From NCBI GenBank assembly GCA_038751255.1, contig JBCDGN010000006.1, forward strand, positions 689 through 64,688: 64,000 bases of DNA. The letters run 5' to 3'. The number at the start of each line of letters is the position of its first letter. Positions within the stretch are counted from its first letter, which is position 1. Below are positions 17,643-26,043 of the stretch, in pieces. The notes under the pieces were generated by a model that saw nothing but the letters and a program-made list of their open reading frames with translations, was not told the origin of the DNA and did no database searches. This stretch comes from Pseudomonadota bacterium (GTDB taxonomy: Bacteria; Pseudomonadota; Alphaproteobacteria; Rhodobacterales; Rhodobacteraceae). Position numbers and translations under genes: made by a program.

Positions 17643-19157
17643 TCAGTTGCCGAAGAGCTTATTTCCGAAGGCGTTGCCAATGCCCTCACCCACCCCTTTG
17701 ACAAAGGAGTTCACGGCTCCGTTGCTCTTCTTGGATCGGCTCGAAGAGGATGACCGACTGCCGCCGCTGCTGGTGGATTGCGTGACCATATATGCGGCGT
17801 AGGTTGCCTCAGTTTGGCTGGTCAGCAGTTCAAGCTGCAAAGAATTCAGGTACTGCGTTGCAGGCAGTCCATTTGAGGTTTGCCAAGCAGCGATGCCGCG
17901 GCGTGTATTGGGACCGAAGGCGCCATCAGGTGTGCCAACATTGTTGTTGGTTGCGTTGAGACGCGCCTGGATTTCCCGGCGCTTGTCTCTGTCCATGTTT
18001 AGCGCCTGCTCTGTGATCTGAGTTGCAGGTGCGACGATGACATGCTGTGTCACATTCAAGACCAGAGGCAACGAGGGATCATAGGTGCTGATCGCTCGTG
18101 TGGCGGCGGCTACATTTGGTGCTTCCGGCTGGGCAGGTGCTAGGCCCGCAGTTTGCTCTTCAGCACCCTGCAGACGCTCAATAGCAATCCGTGCGAAGCG
18201 GGCATAGCGACCGTTTGGGTAAAAGTCCAAATACGCTTGGTAATCCTCAGCAAAACCGGATTCCCGCGCGAGTTCAAACATGTACTTTTCTTCTTCGAGA
18301 TCGACAACGGATACAGCGGCAGCAGGCGCGTCGGTTGCGGTCTCTACGGGTGCGGCTGGTGCCGCCGCAACGCGATGCAAAACGACTTCATCGGTATACG
18401 ACTGGTTGAACCAAGGACGCTGTTGCTGATCCGTGGCACGATACACATCCCCGGTCACACGCGACATGATCGTGGTGATCGGTTCATTGGGGGTGCCGAT
18501 ATGCTTCAGCAGCGCTTCGGTGAAAGGCGAATGCTGTCCATCGCCGTCCAAGGCGACGTTGCCTGGCTCTGTTGCGAAGACAATGCCCGTCCCCGACCCA
18601 TTGTCCTGAACATTCATCTCACTCAGTCCGGCCCCACCGATGGAGCGTGTGGAGCCTTTCAAAGAACGCGCCAGCTTGTCCTGGAAAGGATTGTCGCGAC
18701 AGGCGTCCAAGATCAGCAGATTGGCGCCTTGGGTATATTCCATCTGCTTGGTGATCACGTCGATCGAGAAGGCCTCAAAGTCGATGGAAAGCTCATCATC
18801 CATTACGGCATCGACAGGGATAAGATAGTTGCGGCCGTCCACCTGAATGCCGTGACCGGCATAGAAAAATAGCGCCATATCGGCTGAGCGCACCTCGCGA
18901 GCGAACTCGCGGGCCATTTTCGCCATATCTGCAGCGCCGAGATCATAGCCTTCCAGCGTTTCGAAGCCGAGCGTGCGCAGCTTAGCTGCAATCGCTTGCG
19001 CGTCATTCTTAGGATTGGCCAGCGGACTTGCGTGTTCATACTCGCTATTGCCAATGATGAGGGCGACTTTGGCAGCAAATGCTTGAACGGGTGTGGTGAC
19101 CACGAGGATCGCTGCGAATGCGATGTTGCGAACCCTGCGGGAGGTGATCTGTTCCAT
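17643..19157 (-). CDS. Exported caspase-family (peptidase C14) protein with C-terminal PG_binding_1-like domain
   Basis: Signal peptide (VQAFA-AK). KVALIIGNSEY, His motif FFYAGHGIQ and Cys motif LLILDACRDNPF. C-terminal GTPDGAFGPNTRRGIAAWQTSNGLPATQYL, then a Ser/Gly-rich tail. Confidence 0.9.
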   Translation of the reverse strand: MEQITSRRVRNIAFAAILVVTTPVQAFAAKVALIIGNSEYEHASPLANPKNDAQAIAAKLRTLGFETLEGYDLGAADMAKMAREFAREVRSADMALFFYAGHGIQVDGRNYLIPVDAVMDDELSIDFEAFSIDVITKQMEYTQGANLLILDACRDNPFQDKLARSLKGSTRSIGGAGLSEMNVQDNGSGTGIVFATEPGNVALDGDGQHSPFTEALLKHIGTPNEPITTIMSRVTGDVYRATDQQQRPWFNQSYTDEVVLHRVAAAPAAPVETATDAPAAAVSVVDLEEEKYMFELARESGFAEDYQAYLDFYPNGRYARFARIAIERLQGAEEQTAGLAPAQPEAPNVAAATRAISTYDPSLPLVLNVTQHVIVAPATQITEQALNMDRDKRREIQARLNATNNNVGTPDGAFGPNTRRGIAAWQTSNGLPATQYLNSLQLELLTSQTEATYAAYMVTQSTSSGGSRSSSSSRSKKSNGAVNSFVKGVGEGIGNAFGNKLFGN

Positions 19158-19205
19158 GAAACTATCCCTTTTGCAGATTGATAACGTTTGGCGCCGACCA
19201 GCGCC

Positions 19206-19754
19206 TCAAAGGTTTCCGATGTTCACGATTTCAATGCGCTGGTTCATAGGATCGGCGGCATTGCCGGAGTTCAGTGCCGATGCGCCCATACCTTGAACGC
19301 CCAAGAACTTGTCCGTGCCCATTCCGTAGAAGCCTTGCAGATGTTCTAGGACAGTCTGCGCGCGCCGGGCAGAGACAGGCTGTGCCGAAGCCGGTGCGTT
19401 CGGCGTATAGGCATAAGCCAATATCTGGAACTTTGAGTTTTGTAAGCGGGGATCTTCCAAAGCCGCAGCAAGTGTGCGTAAAGTTTTCATCCCATCTACC
19501 GTTAAAAGATGAGACTCGCCCTCGAAACCAACTTGAAGCTTGGCCACCGGTTGGCCGGAGGCTTGCAGCGCGACTGCATTTGCATTCTGATTTGGACGTG
19601 TAACTCCGCGATCGGCCGCCATTTGCGGCATCAGGGCAGTCACAATTTGTTCATACGAGAAGGATGCTTGCGCGTTGGTTGCGGGTGCAAATGACACCCC
19701 TAAAAACCCAGCAATCAATCCAATTCTAACAGTTCGATTCAAGGATTCTAGCAT
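19206..19754 (-). CDS. Exported OmpA_C-like (peptidoglycan-associating) protein, degenerate motif
   Basis: ORF track gives 19206..19829. Start moved to ATG 19754 (MLESLNRTVRIGLIAGFLGVSFAPATNAQA is a signal peptide, with AAGG 5 nt upstream). C-terminal FQILAYAYT..VSARRAQTVLEHL..NQRIEIV matches the OmpA C-terminal pattern, with the GHTD box degenerate. Confidence 0.7.
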   Translation of the reverse strand: MLESLNRTVRIGLIAGFLGVSFAPATNAQASFSYEQIVTALMPQMAADRGVTRPNQNANAVALQASGQPVAKLQVGFEGESHLLTVDGMKTLRTLAAALEDPRLQNSKFQILAYAYTPNAPASAQPVSARRAQTVLEHLQGFYGMGTDKFLGVQGMGASALNSGNAADPMNQRIEIVNIGNL

Positions 19755-20302
19755 ATGCCTTACCCCAATTGACTGATCTGCGAAATCCAGCAGCGACCTA
19801 TAGAAAAGACCATTTGGACGCCACGTCAAGAAGTCTAACCAAAGCCCAAATCAGAAGCTAGAATTTTTGCCCTCAACCCAGAGTTTACCGCTTATTTATG
19901 AGTCCTAGCGCACATTAACATCTTGCTTGGCGACCTTAGATCCGCCATGCAACTGGGGCGGGCAGTCTCACAAAATATTGTTACAATTGTATATTATCGA
20001 AAGCACAGGCTTGGTGCCTATGAAGGCTTTGCCGCCGTTCCGGCCTCCAACAGAGGCGGTATTTTTGCTGATGAAATGCCGTTATCACGCTCCACTGCCA
20101 CGGTAGACATAGTTTAACTTGACTTAGGGTCCCCTCAGCGAGGAACGTTTGCGGGCGATTCCAAACGCCGCATCGTGGTCTAAACGAGTGTCGGCAGTCA
20201 TATTTTTGAACGAATGAGAAGTTGATGCTAAATTACGCTGGTTTTATAAAACTACGGATTGTCAATTCCCGGAATTTTTCGACTATTTGACCGGGTCCTC
20301 AC
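19755..20302. promoter_or_regulatory. AT-rich divergent control region between the two exported-protease operons
   Basis: 548 bp without a credible ORF, between a minus-strand start (19754) and a plus-strand start (20303). Visibly AT-rich and contains the perfect 10-bp palindrome TACAATTGTA at 19982..19991. Promoters inferred from gene geometry only. Confidence 0.4.
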
Positions 20303-21079
20303 ATGCATTTTTTCCGAATTGTGATAAGTCTCCTGTCGATCCATCTGATAGTTGCGCCGGCCATCGCGCAAAGCCAACGCGCGTTGAGCGTCGAGCAAAT
20401 TACAGTACAAGAAGCAAAGCCGAGCGAAGGCGCGTATTCGATCACAGCGACGCTCAACAATTTCGATGGGGTTTACCGTATTGGTGATCCAGTTGATGTT
20501 TCTGTAAGCTTAGACAAATCAGCCTATGTCCTGGTTCTGAACGTCGATGAAAGCGGGCGTATTGTTCAGCTCTTTCCTAACAAATTTGAGTCACGGAATT
20601 TTTTCCAGGCTGGGCAGACCTATAAGTTACCCGGTGAAGGCGCACGCATCGTCGCTGCGGGACCACCTGGGCTTGAGTTGATCAAGATCATTGTGTCCGA
20701 GAAGTCTCTTTCTTTGGATGCGATGATGGAAACAGCGCCGATTGGACCTTTTGAGATCACGCCCCCAGGTGCGGGTGAGGGTGTGGCGCGTGCACTGGGC
20801 GTGTCGCCCTTGCAAATGCCTGCAAGCCCGGATCCAGAACCCGAAGCTCCGAGTCCGGTGGAGGTTCTCCCTGAGTTCGGGGCTTGGGCAGAGTTGACCT
20901 TGGTTCTGAGCACGGTGTCTGCTGACGACAGTCCGAGCGGTGCGGCCCCAACACTCCCTGGAGAAGGTGAACAGGGAGAAGATAGCGGCATGGCGCCCGT
21001 TGCGCGCATGCTCTGCAGTGGGGTGCGAAACCTCACCAATCAGCCATTTGCTGTAAAGGAGCAGATCGAATGCGTTTAG
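20303..21079 (+). CDS. Exported DUF4384 domain protein
   Basis: Signal peptide (APAIA-QS). YRIGDPVDVSVSLDKSAYVLVLNVDESGRIVQLFPN matches the DUF4384 pattern. Pro/Glu-rich linker in the C-terminal half. Confidence 0.75.
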   Translation: MHFFRIVISLLSIHLIVAPAIAQSQRALSVEQITVQEAKPSEGAYSITATLNNFDGVYRIGDPVDVSVSLDKSAYVLVLNVDESGRIVQLFPNKFESRNFFQAGQTYKLPGEGARIVAAGPPGLELIKIIVSEKSLSLDAMMETAPIGPFEITPPGAGEGVARALGVSPLQMPASPDPEPEAPSPVEVLPEFGAWAELTLVLSTVSADDSPSGAAPTLPGEGEQGEDSGMAPVARMLCSGVRNLTNQPFAVKEQIECV

Positions 21080-22134
21080 CGGCCATCTCGCAGGGGCTTG
21101 CGCTGCTCGTACTCGGGCTTTCGGCGCAATCTCTGTGGGCCGACACGGCCGTCAAAATTGCTCTGCCTGATCCGCTGTCGCAACAAGCACTTCAGGCGTT
21201 AGGCAATGGTGAGGGGAATGTTCTGCTTTCGCCCCAAAGCCTTGTGGATGTGGTTGCGCTTTCTCGAGCAGGATTGGGAGAAACACCGCCTACCGCTCTT
21301 ATGCCGAGCACGGTTGTAAGCGCGAATGCGGCCTGGTTTGACACAACTGCCGTGCCGACTGCGGAGGCATCCAAGACCCTGACAACGGACTGGGACGCAC
21401 CGCCGGTTTCGCTGGACATGGCTAAAGATGGTAAGACGAAGATCAATGAATGGGTGCGCGAGGCCACCGAGGGCCGGATCCAAGACCTGATCACTGACCC
21501 CTTAGTCGGTGTCAGCGTTGTTTTGACCAACGCTCTGGTTTTTAAGGACGCTTGGCGTGTTCCTTTCGATCCAGACGAGACAATCCCGCGCGACTTTCAT
21601 CTCACGGGTGATGAAACTGTCGAGGTGCCCTTTATGCTGAGCCCTGTTGCTGCGCTCTGCCAGGATTCGGAACAGGGTGTCCTTGTCGCGCTGAGCTTTG
21701 CAGAAGCAGGTCATCTCGTGTTGCGTCCGCAGGCCGAAGAAGCTGCGATGACATGCACCGGTGAGCTTGAAGCCAGCGATGAGGGTGCCGATGACAACCG
21801 CCTAGTGCAGGTGGCCATGCCGCGCATTGATCTGACCGCTGACTTGGATTTGTCCGGGTTGGTTAAGACGCTCGGCTTATCGGCTGCGATGGCGGAGGGA
21901 TTTGCGTACTTAACGGTTGCACCGTCAGTGCCCGGTCCGGTTTTGCAGTCGGTTCTCTTTCGCGCAGATGAAGAAGGGGCAGAAGCAGCCGCCGCGACAG
22001 CAGCCATCGGTGTACGGTCGGTCCGGGTACCAGAATCACCGTTGTTGGTTTTCGACCGCCCTTTCGAATTCTTTGTGATGATGCCAGGTCATGACACGGC
22101 GATGATCGCTGGCATCCTGAGAGATCCGAGATAA
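21070..22134 (+). CDS. Exported serpin-family protease inhibitor
   Basis: Signal peptide (QSLWA-DT). Serpin landmarks LLSPQSLVDVVAL, KINEWVREATEGRIQDLI, LTNALVFKDAW. Reactive-centre-loop hinge EEGAEAAAATAAIGVRSVRVP, followed by FDRPFEFFVM. Overlaps the upstream gene by 10 nt. Confidence 0.85.
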   Translation: MRLAAISQGLALLVLGLSAQSLWADTAVKIALPDPLSQQALQALGNGEGNVLLSPQSLVDVVALSRAGLGETPPTALMPSTVVSANAAWFDTTAVPTAEASKTLTTDWDAPPVSLDMAKDGKTKINEWVREATEGRIQDLITDPLVGVSVVLTNALVFKDAWRVPFDPDETIPRDFHLTGDETVEVPFMLSPVAALCQDSEQGVLVALSFAEAGHLVLRPQAEEAAMTCTGELEASDEGADDNRLVQVAMPRIDLTADLDLSGLVKTLGLSAAMAEGFAYLTVAPSVPGPVLQSVLFRADEEGAEAAAATAAIGVRSVRVPESPLLVFDRPFEFFVMMPGHDTAMIAGILRDPR

Positions 22135-22139
22135 CAGAG

Positions 22140-22736
22140 ATGCTGTTGGCCCGTATTCGACCCCGTTTTAGCCTTCTCATGGGCAGCTTGGCCCTTGCGC
22201 TTACGATGATTTTGGGCGTGCAATCGCACGCGCAAGAGCGGGCGAATGAGGTCCCGGTAGCGCGGTCGGTGGGAGACGCCCTGGTTGCGCATCTCAAACT
22301 CTATAATGCCGCGGACCAAAGCTGGGCGCGGATCGCGTTCGACAATCCGAGCCTTGCGATTGGAGATTTCGTGTCGGTCTGCGCGGAGGCCAAGCGCAAC
22401 GGGTACCTGTCTGTATGGTCTAAAACGCTCGACGGTCAGCCACCAGTGAGGATCTTTCCGAATGATTTCACGCCGGAAGATCGCAAACGCAAAGGGGGCC
22501 ATATCGAAGCGGGGCAAGAGATATGCCTTGGTGATGCTGTGCAAGGCTATGGCTTTGAAGTGATGGAGCCGTTGGGTCCCGCAGAGGTTTATCTGCATTG
22601 GAGCCCCGATCTTTCCGGCCAATTCGGTCCAGAGGATATCCCGCTGATCCCCGATCACGGCCAAGCCAGTGGCGCGAGGGCATCAAGTGCGCCCTATTCC
22701 GCGCAAGTCATCCGCTACAGGACAATTGCTCAATGA
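22140..22736 (+). CDS. Exported DUF4384 domain protein
   Basis: Signal peptide (QSHA-QE). IGDFVSVCAEAKRNGYLSVWSKTLDGQPPVRIFPNDF matches the DUF4384 pattern. Confidence 0.7.
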   Translation: MLLARIRPRFSLLMGSLALALTMILGVQSHAQERANEVPVARSVGDALVAHLKLYNAADQSWARIAFDNPSLAIGDFVSVCAEAKRNGYLSVWSKTLDGQPPVRIFPNDFTPEDRKRKGGHIEAGQEICLGDAVQGYGFEVMEPLGPAEVYLHWSPDLSGQFGPEDIPLIPDHGQASGARASSAPYSAQVIRYRTIAQ

Positions 22737-23605
22737 ACGCTTTGAGAGAGATACCGCGACGGATTTTGGGACAAATCTTGATCATGGGTGTTTGCCTTGG
22801 TGCGGCAGAGGCAGAGTCATTTGCGTGTCGCGATGTCTCTGGGCGCACGGTCAGCCGGGTTATAGGTGGACATCAGATTTCTCATCAAGAGGCACCTTAT
22901 CAGGTTGCCTTGATAGTCCGGAGCGCGGACGGCGACGGCAGTTTTGGTTGCGGCGGGTCTTTGATCAGTCGCGGCTTTGTCCTGACAGCGGCGCATTGTG
23001 TGGTGGGCAAGGAAATCAACGGCCCCAACGGAAAGGCCCAACCGGGCCAAGTCACAGTGCTTTATGGCGGTGACAGTCAGCTCGAGATGATGCAGGCGAA
23101 CCAAACGGCAGAGGTGGACTCGATCATTGTCCATTCGCGGTACCGCGACCGGGTCCCGAGCCCTGCAGATATCGCGGTCCTACGGTTGAAAGACCCGCTG
23201 GATGTCCCTCAAACCGCTGTGATCACGCTTGCCTCGCCACAGATGGAAACTGCCTTGATGGCAGATTTTACCTGCGCACGAGTGACTGGTTACGGACGAA
23301 CCGAAAGCGGTCGCGGCAGTGATCAAATGCTCGGGGTCAACCTTCTGGTTCAACCCGCACAGGTTTGCCGCAATTTCAGCACTCAAGTCACGTCCGAGAT
23401 GCTTTGCGCCGGGTACAATGCTGGGGATCAGACCGCTTGCAATGGTGACAGTGGAGGGCCGCTGGTGATCCGCGAGGGCCCAACCGGCTGGGTGCAGGTG
23501 GGCATTGTGAGTTGGGGAAAAAAAGGCTGCCGTGGGGCGGGAAGCTTTGGTGTCTATACGCGGGTGTCTTCCTTTGTGCCTTGGATATTGCAGGTGACGC
23601 AATGA
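22733..23605 (+). CDS. Exported S1 (chymotrypsin-fold) serine protease with short propeptide
   Basis: ORF track gives 22598..23605. Start moved to ATG 22733 (MNALREIPRRILGQILIMGVCLGAAEA), which forms ATGA with the upstream stop. Catalytic triad LTAAHC / DIAVLRL / GDSGGPL. Mature-type N-terminus VIGGHQ preceded by Arg. Confidence 0.9.
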   Translation: MNALREIPRRILGQILIMGVCLGAAEAESFACRDVSGRTVSRVIGGHQISHQEAPYQVALIVRSADGDGSFGCGGSLISRGFVLTAAHCVVGKEINGPNGKAQPGQVTVLYGGDSQLEMMQANQTAEVDSIIVHSRYRDRVPSPADIAVLRLKDPLDVPQTAVITLASPQMETALMADFTCARVTGYGRTESGRGSDQMLGVNLLVQPAQVCRNFSTQVTSEMLCAGYNAGDQTACNGDSGGPLVIREGPTGWVQVGIVSWGKKGCRGAGSFGVYTRVSSFVPWILQVTQ

Positions 23606-24519
23606 GGATGTGTGCGGCCGGCGGGCTTGTCGCTTCGCTTTGGGTATCCTCAGCTTGGGCCGTCTGCGATCCGCTGCAAGAGGCTGACGAGATACTTTCG
23701 ACTCTCGATGAGAAGAGCAGCACAGCCCTGAGCACGCTGCGCGAATCAGCGCTGCAACGTGGATGTACTGGCAGCGAACAGCAACAGATTGGCCGCTGGT
23801 TGTCTCTTTCACTTCTTTACGATGCAGCGCGTAGTTTCAGCAGCCTTGAAGAGGCCGAACCGAGCTTGCGGCGCGCGGCTGCTTTCGGGGGCATTTGGCA
23901 GGTCCACAATGCACTAGGCGATGCAGCGCGCGCGCGCAGAGACTATGACGAGGCTGCGCTTCAGTATCAGCTCGCCATCCAGGATGCGCAGATATTGGCG
24001 GATCCCTCGTCAAGCTATCTTGATGTGCCACCAGGTGAGGATGCGATGACTGCTTTGGTTGGCAAGGCCAATGACATGCGCCTTCTGGCCTCTGGCTTTG
24101 TGACACTCCCTGGACGTCCGGCTTGTCAGATTCAGACGACGAGCCTTTGGACCGCGCAGATCGTTGCGCCGATCCGTTTCGTGACCAACGAGACCACAAT
24201 GACGGATGAGGGTAAGTCCGCGGCGGATGAGCTTTATTCCTGCCTTGCCGCGCTGGACCCGGCGAATATCGAAAGTATCACCATCATTGGTCACACCGAT
24301 GAACGGGGCTCTGATAGCTACAATCAAGCGCTTTCTTTGCGCCGTGCAGAAGCGGTCAAAACCTATTTGGTGGACCGAGGCCTGCGTCTTGACATGGGGA
24401 TTGAGGGACGCGGTGAGGAAGAGCTTTTTCAACCCGACACCAGTTTTGCCTATAGCGAGGAAGAACGTTGGCAAATGAGCCGTCGGGTTGAAGTTGATGT
24501 CGTCGAACGCGGGAGCTGA
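23602..24519 (+). CDS. Exported OmpA-family protein (helical N-terminal half + OmpA_C domain)
   Basis: ORF track gives 23512..24519. Start moved to ATG 23602 (ATGA overlap with the protease stop; MRMCAAGGLVASLWVSSAWA signal). C-terminus ITIIGHTDERGSDSYNQALSLRRAEAVKTYL..RRVEVDV is a canonical OmpA_C motif. Confidence 0.85.
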   Translation: MRMCAAGGLVASLWVSSAWAVCDPLQEADEILSTLDEKSSTALSTLRESALQRGCTGSEQQQIGRWLSLSLLYDAARSFSSLEEAEPSLRRAAAFGGIWQVHNALGDAARARRDYDEAALQYQLAIQDAQILADPSSSYLDVPPGEDAMTALVGKANDMRLLASGFVTLPGRPACQIQTTSLWTAQIVAPIRFVTNETTMTDEGKSAADELYSCLAALDPANIESITIIGHTDERGSDSYNQALSLRRAEAVKTYLVDRGLRLDMGIEGRGEEELFQPDTSFAYSEEERWQMSRRVEVDVVERGS

Positions 24520-24521
24520 AC

Positions 24522-26042
24522 ATGCATCAGCCGCTCTTAGCAGCACTCTGTGTCGCCTGGGCCGCTTCGTCCCCTGTGATCGCGGCGAATTACGCCTTGG
24601 TCATCGGTATCGATGACTATGAAAGCATCGCCGACCTACAGGGTGCCAAAAATGACGCAACACTGATTGCTGAGGCGCTACAGACCTTTGGCGTTTCCGA
24701 TCTGCGCGTTTTGCTAGACCAAGAGGCGACCTATGACTCAATCCGAAGCGCTTGGAATGATCTGTTGTCCAAAGCGCAATCTGGGGACACGCTTATCTTC
24801 ACCTATTCTGGCCATGGCGCGCGCATCGCCGATGAAAATGGTGACGAAGCCAGCAGATCGCAGCCGGATGATGTGACCGACGAGATGTTCGTTTTCTCAA
24901 GCTACAACGAACAAACCTCTGAAGGGAAAAAGGAAAAACTCATCGATGATGAGCTGCACCAATGGTTCCTGGCGGCAGGCGAAAAAGATGTGCAGGTGCT
25001 TTTTGTCGCCGATAGCTGTTTTTCGGGCACTATCACACGCGGTGGGCGTGCGCGGTTCTTTGAAAGCCTCCTTGGGCTAGGCCCCGATATTCGGCGCAAG
25101 CCTCTGGAAAATATGCGAGAGACAGAAGAAGAGACCATCGAGAACGTGGTTTTTATGGCGGGATCTCGAGAGGCCGAGCCGGTCTTAGAGGTGTTGATCG
25201 ACAACCGATATCACGGTGCATTGAGCTATTCTTTCGCCAGGGCGCTTTCGATGGCGGCCGATCTTGATCAGGATGGCGCGCTGAGCCGCGACGAGCTGTC
25301 CGCATTCATTCCACGAACGGCTCAGAGTTTTAATGGTGCTCGGCATCTGCCGGAACTCAGTGCAGTTGATGGACCTGATTTTGCTGTTTTGGTGCCGGAC
25401 GAAACCGGCTGGAGCGATCCGAACGCGACCTGGGATTACGAAGGCACGGCCCAGGCGGAGCTGCCGCAAGCTTCGACAGCCTCCGCTCTGCCGTCAGCGC
25501 CAGGGGCGTCTTGGGACCCTGAGACTGGGAACATCACTGACGCAATGGGGGAAACCATTGCTTATGGCGTTGACGAAAACCGTCTGACGGAAGTGAATGA
25601 CAAATTCGCCTTGCTGAATTTGCTGCGCGAGGGCGTGGTGCAGTCGGGGACGGACCTTTCCATCATCGTGGAAGGCGCGCCTTGGCATCGCGAATTGACC
25701 ATAGGGACCGGATTCCAAATCCAAATTGGCCCCCTCAAGCGTCCTTATATGACAGTGTTCAACCTAGCCAATAATGGCGAAGTGCAGCTGGTCTATCCTA
25801 TCGATAGAACGGAACGACGACCGCTGCCATTGGGCGAAACAATTACTTTCGATGCGGAAGCATCAGAGCCATTGGGCTCCGATGAGTTGATCGTCATCCT
25901 CACAGATGAAGAGCCCGCAGATTTACGCCAAGCTTTGAAATGGGCGCTGCCTGCCAGCGAGTTTAGCGCCATCGTCACCCGCCTACTGGCTCAAGGGGGT
26001 GCCAGCTTTGGTCATTTCAGCATTGTCACACAGGATCAGTAA
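24522..26042 (+). CDS. Exported caspase-family (peptidase C14) protein with C-terminal DUF4384 domain
   Basis: Signal peptide (PVIA-AN). YALVIGIDDY, His motif FTYSGHGARI, Cys motif LFVADSCFSG. C-terminal TGFQIQIGPLKRPYMTVFNLANNGEVQLVYP (DUF4384-like). Confidence 0.9.
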   Translation: MHQPLLAALCVAWAASSPVIAANYALVIGIDDYESIADLQGAKNDATLIAEALQTFGVSDLRVLLDQEATYDSIRSAWNDLLSKAQSGDTLIFTYSGHGARIADENGDEASRSQPDDVTDEMFVFSSYNEQTSEGKKEKLIDDELHQWFLAAGEKDVQVLFVADSCFSGTITRGGRARFFESLLGLGPDIRRKPLENMRETEEETIENVVFMAGSREAEPVLEVLIDNRYHGALSYSFARALSMAADLDQDGALSRDELSAFIPRTAQSFNGARHLPELSAVDGPDFAVLVPDETGWSDPNATWDYEGTAQAELPQASTASALPSAPGASWDPETGNITDAMGETIAYGVDENRLTEVNDKFALLNLLREGVVQSGTDLSIIVEGAPWHRELTIGTGFQIQIGPLKRPYMTVFNLANNGEVQLVYPIDRTERRPLPLGETITFDAEASEPLGSDELIVILTDEEPADLRQALKWALPASEFSAIVTRLLAQGGASFGHFSIVTQDQ

Positions 26043-26043
26043 G

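Noticed and set aside
22598-22732. 5' extensions of track ORFs (22598, 23512, 25999, 49283, 52280, 61332, 19829, 35259)
   Set aside because: Each extension overlaps the preceding or divergent gene and precedes an internal ATG. That ATG gives a proper signal peptide or RBS and a coupled ATGA/TGATG junction. The shorter starts were adopted.
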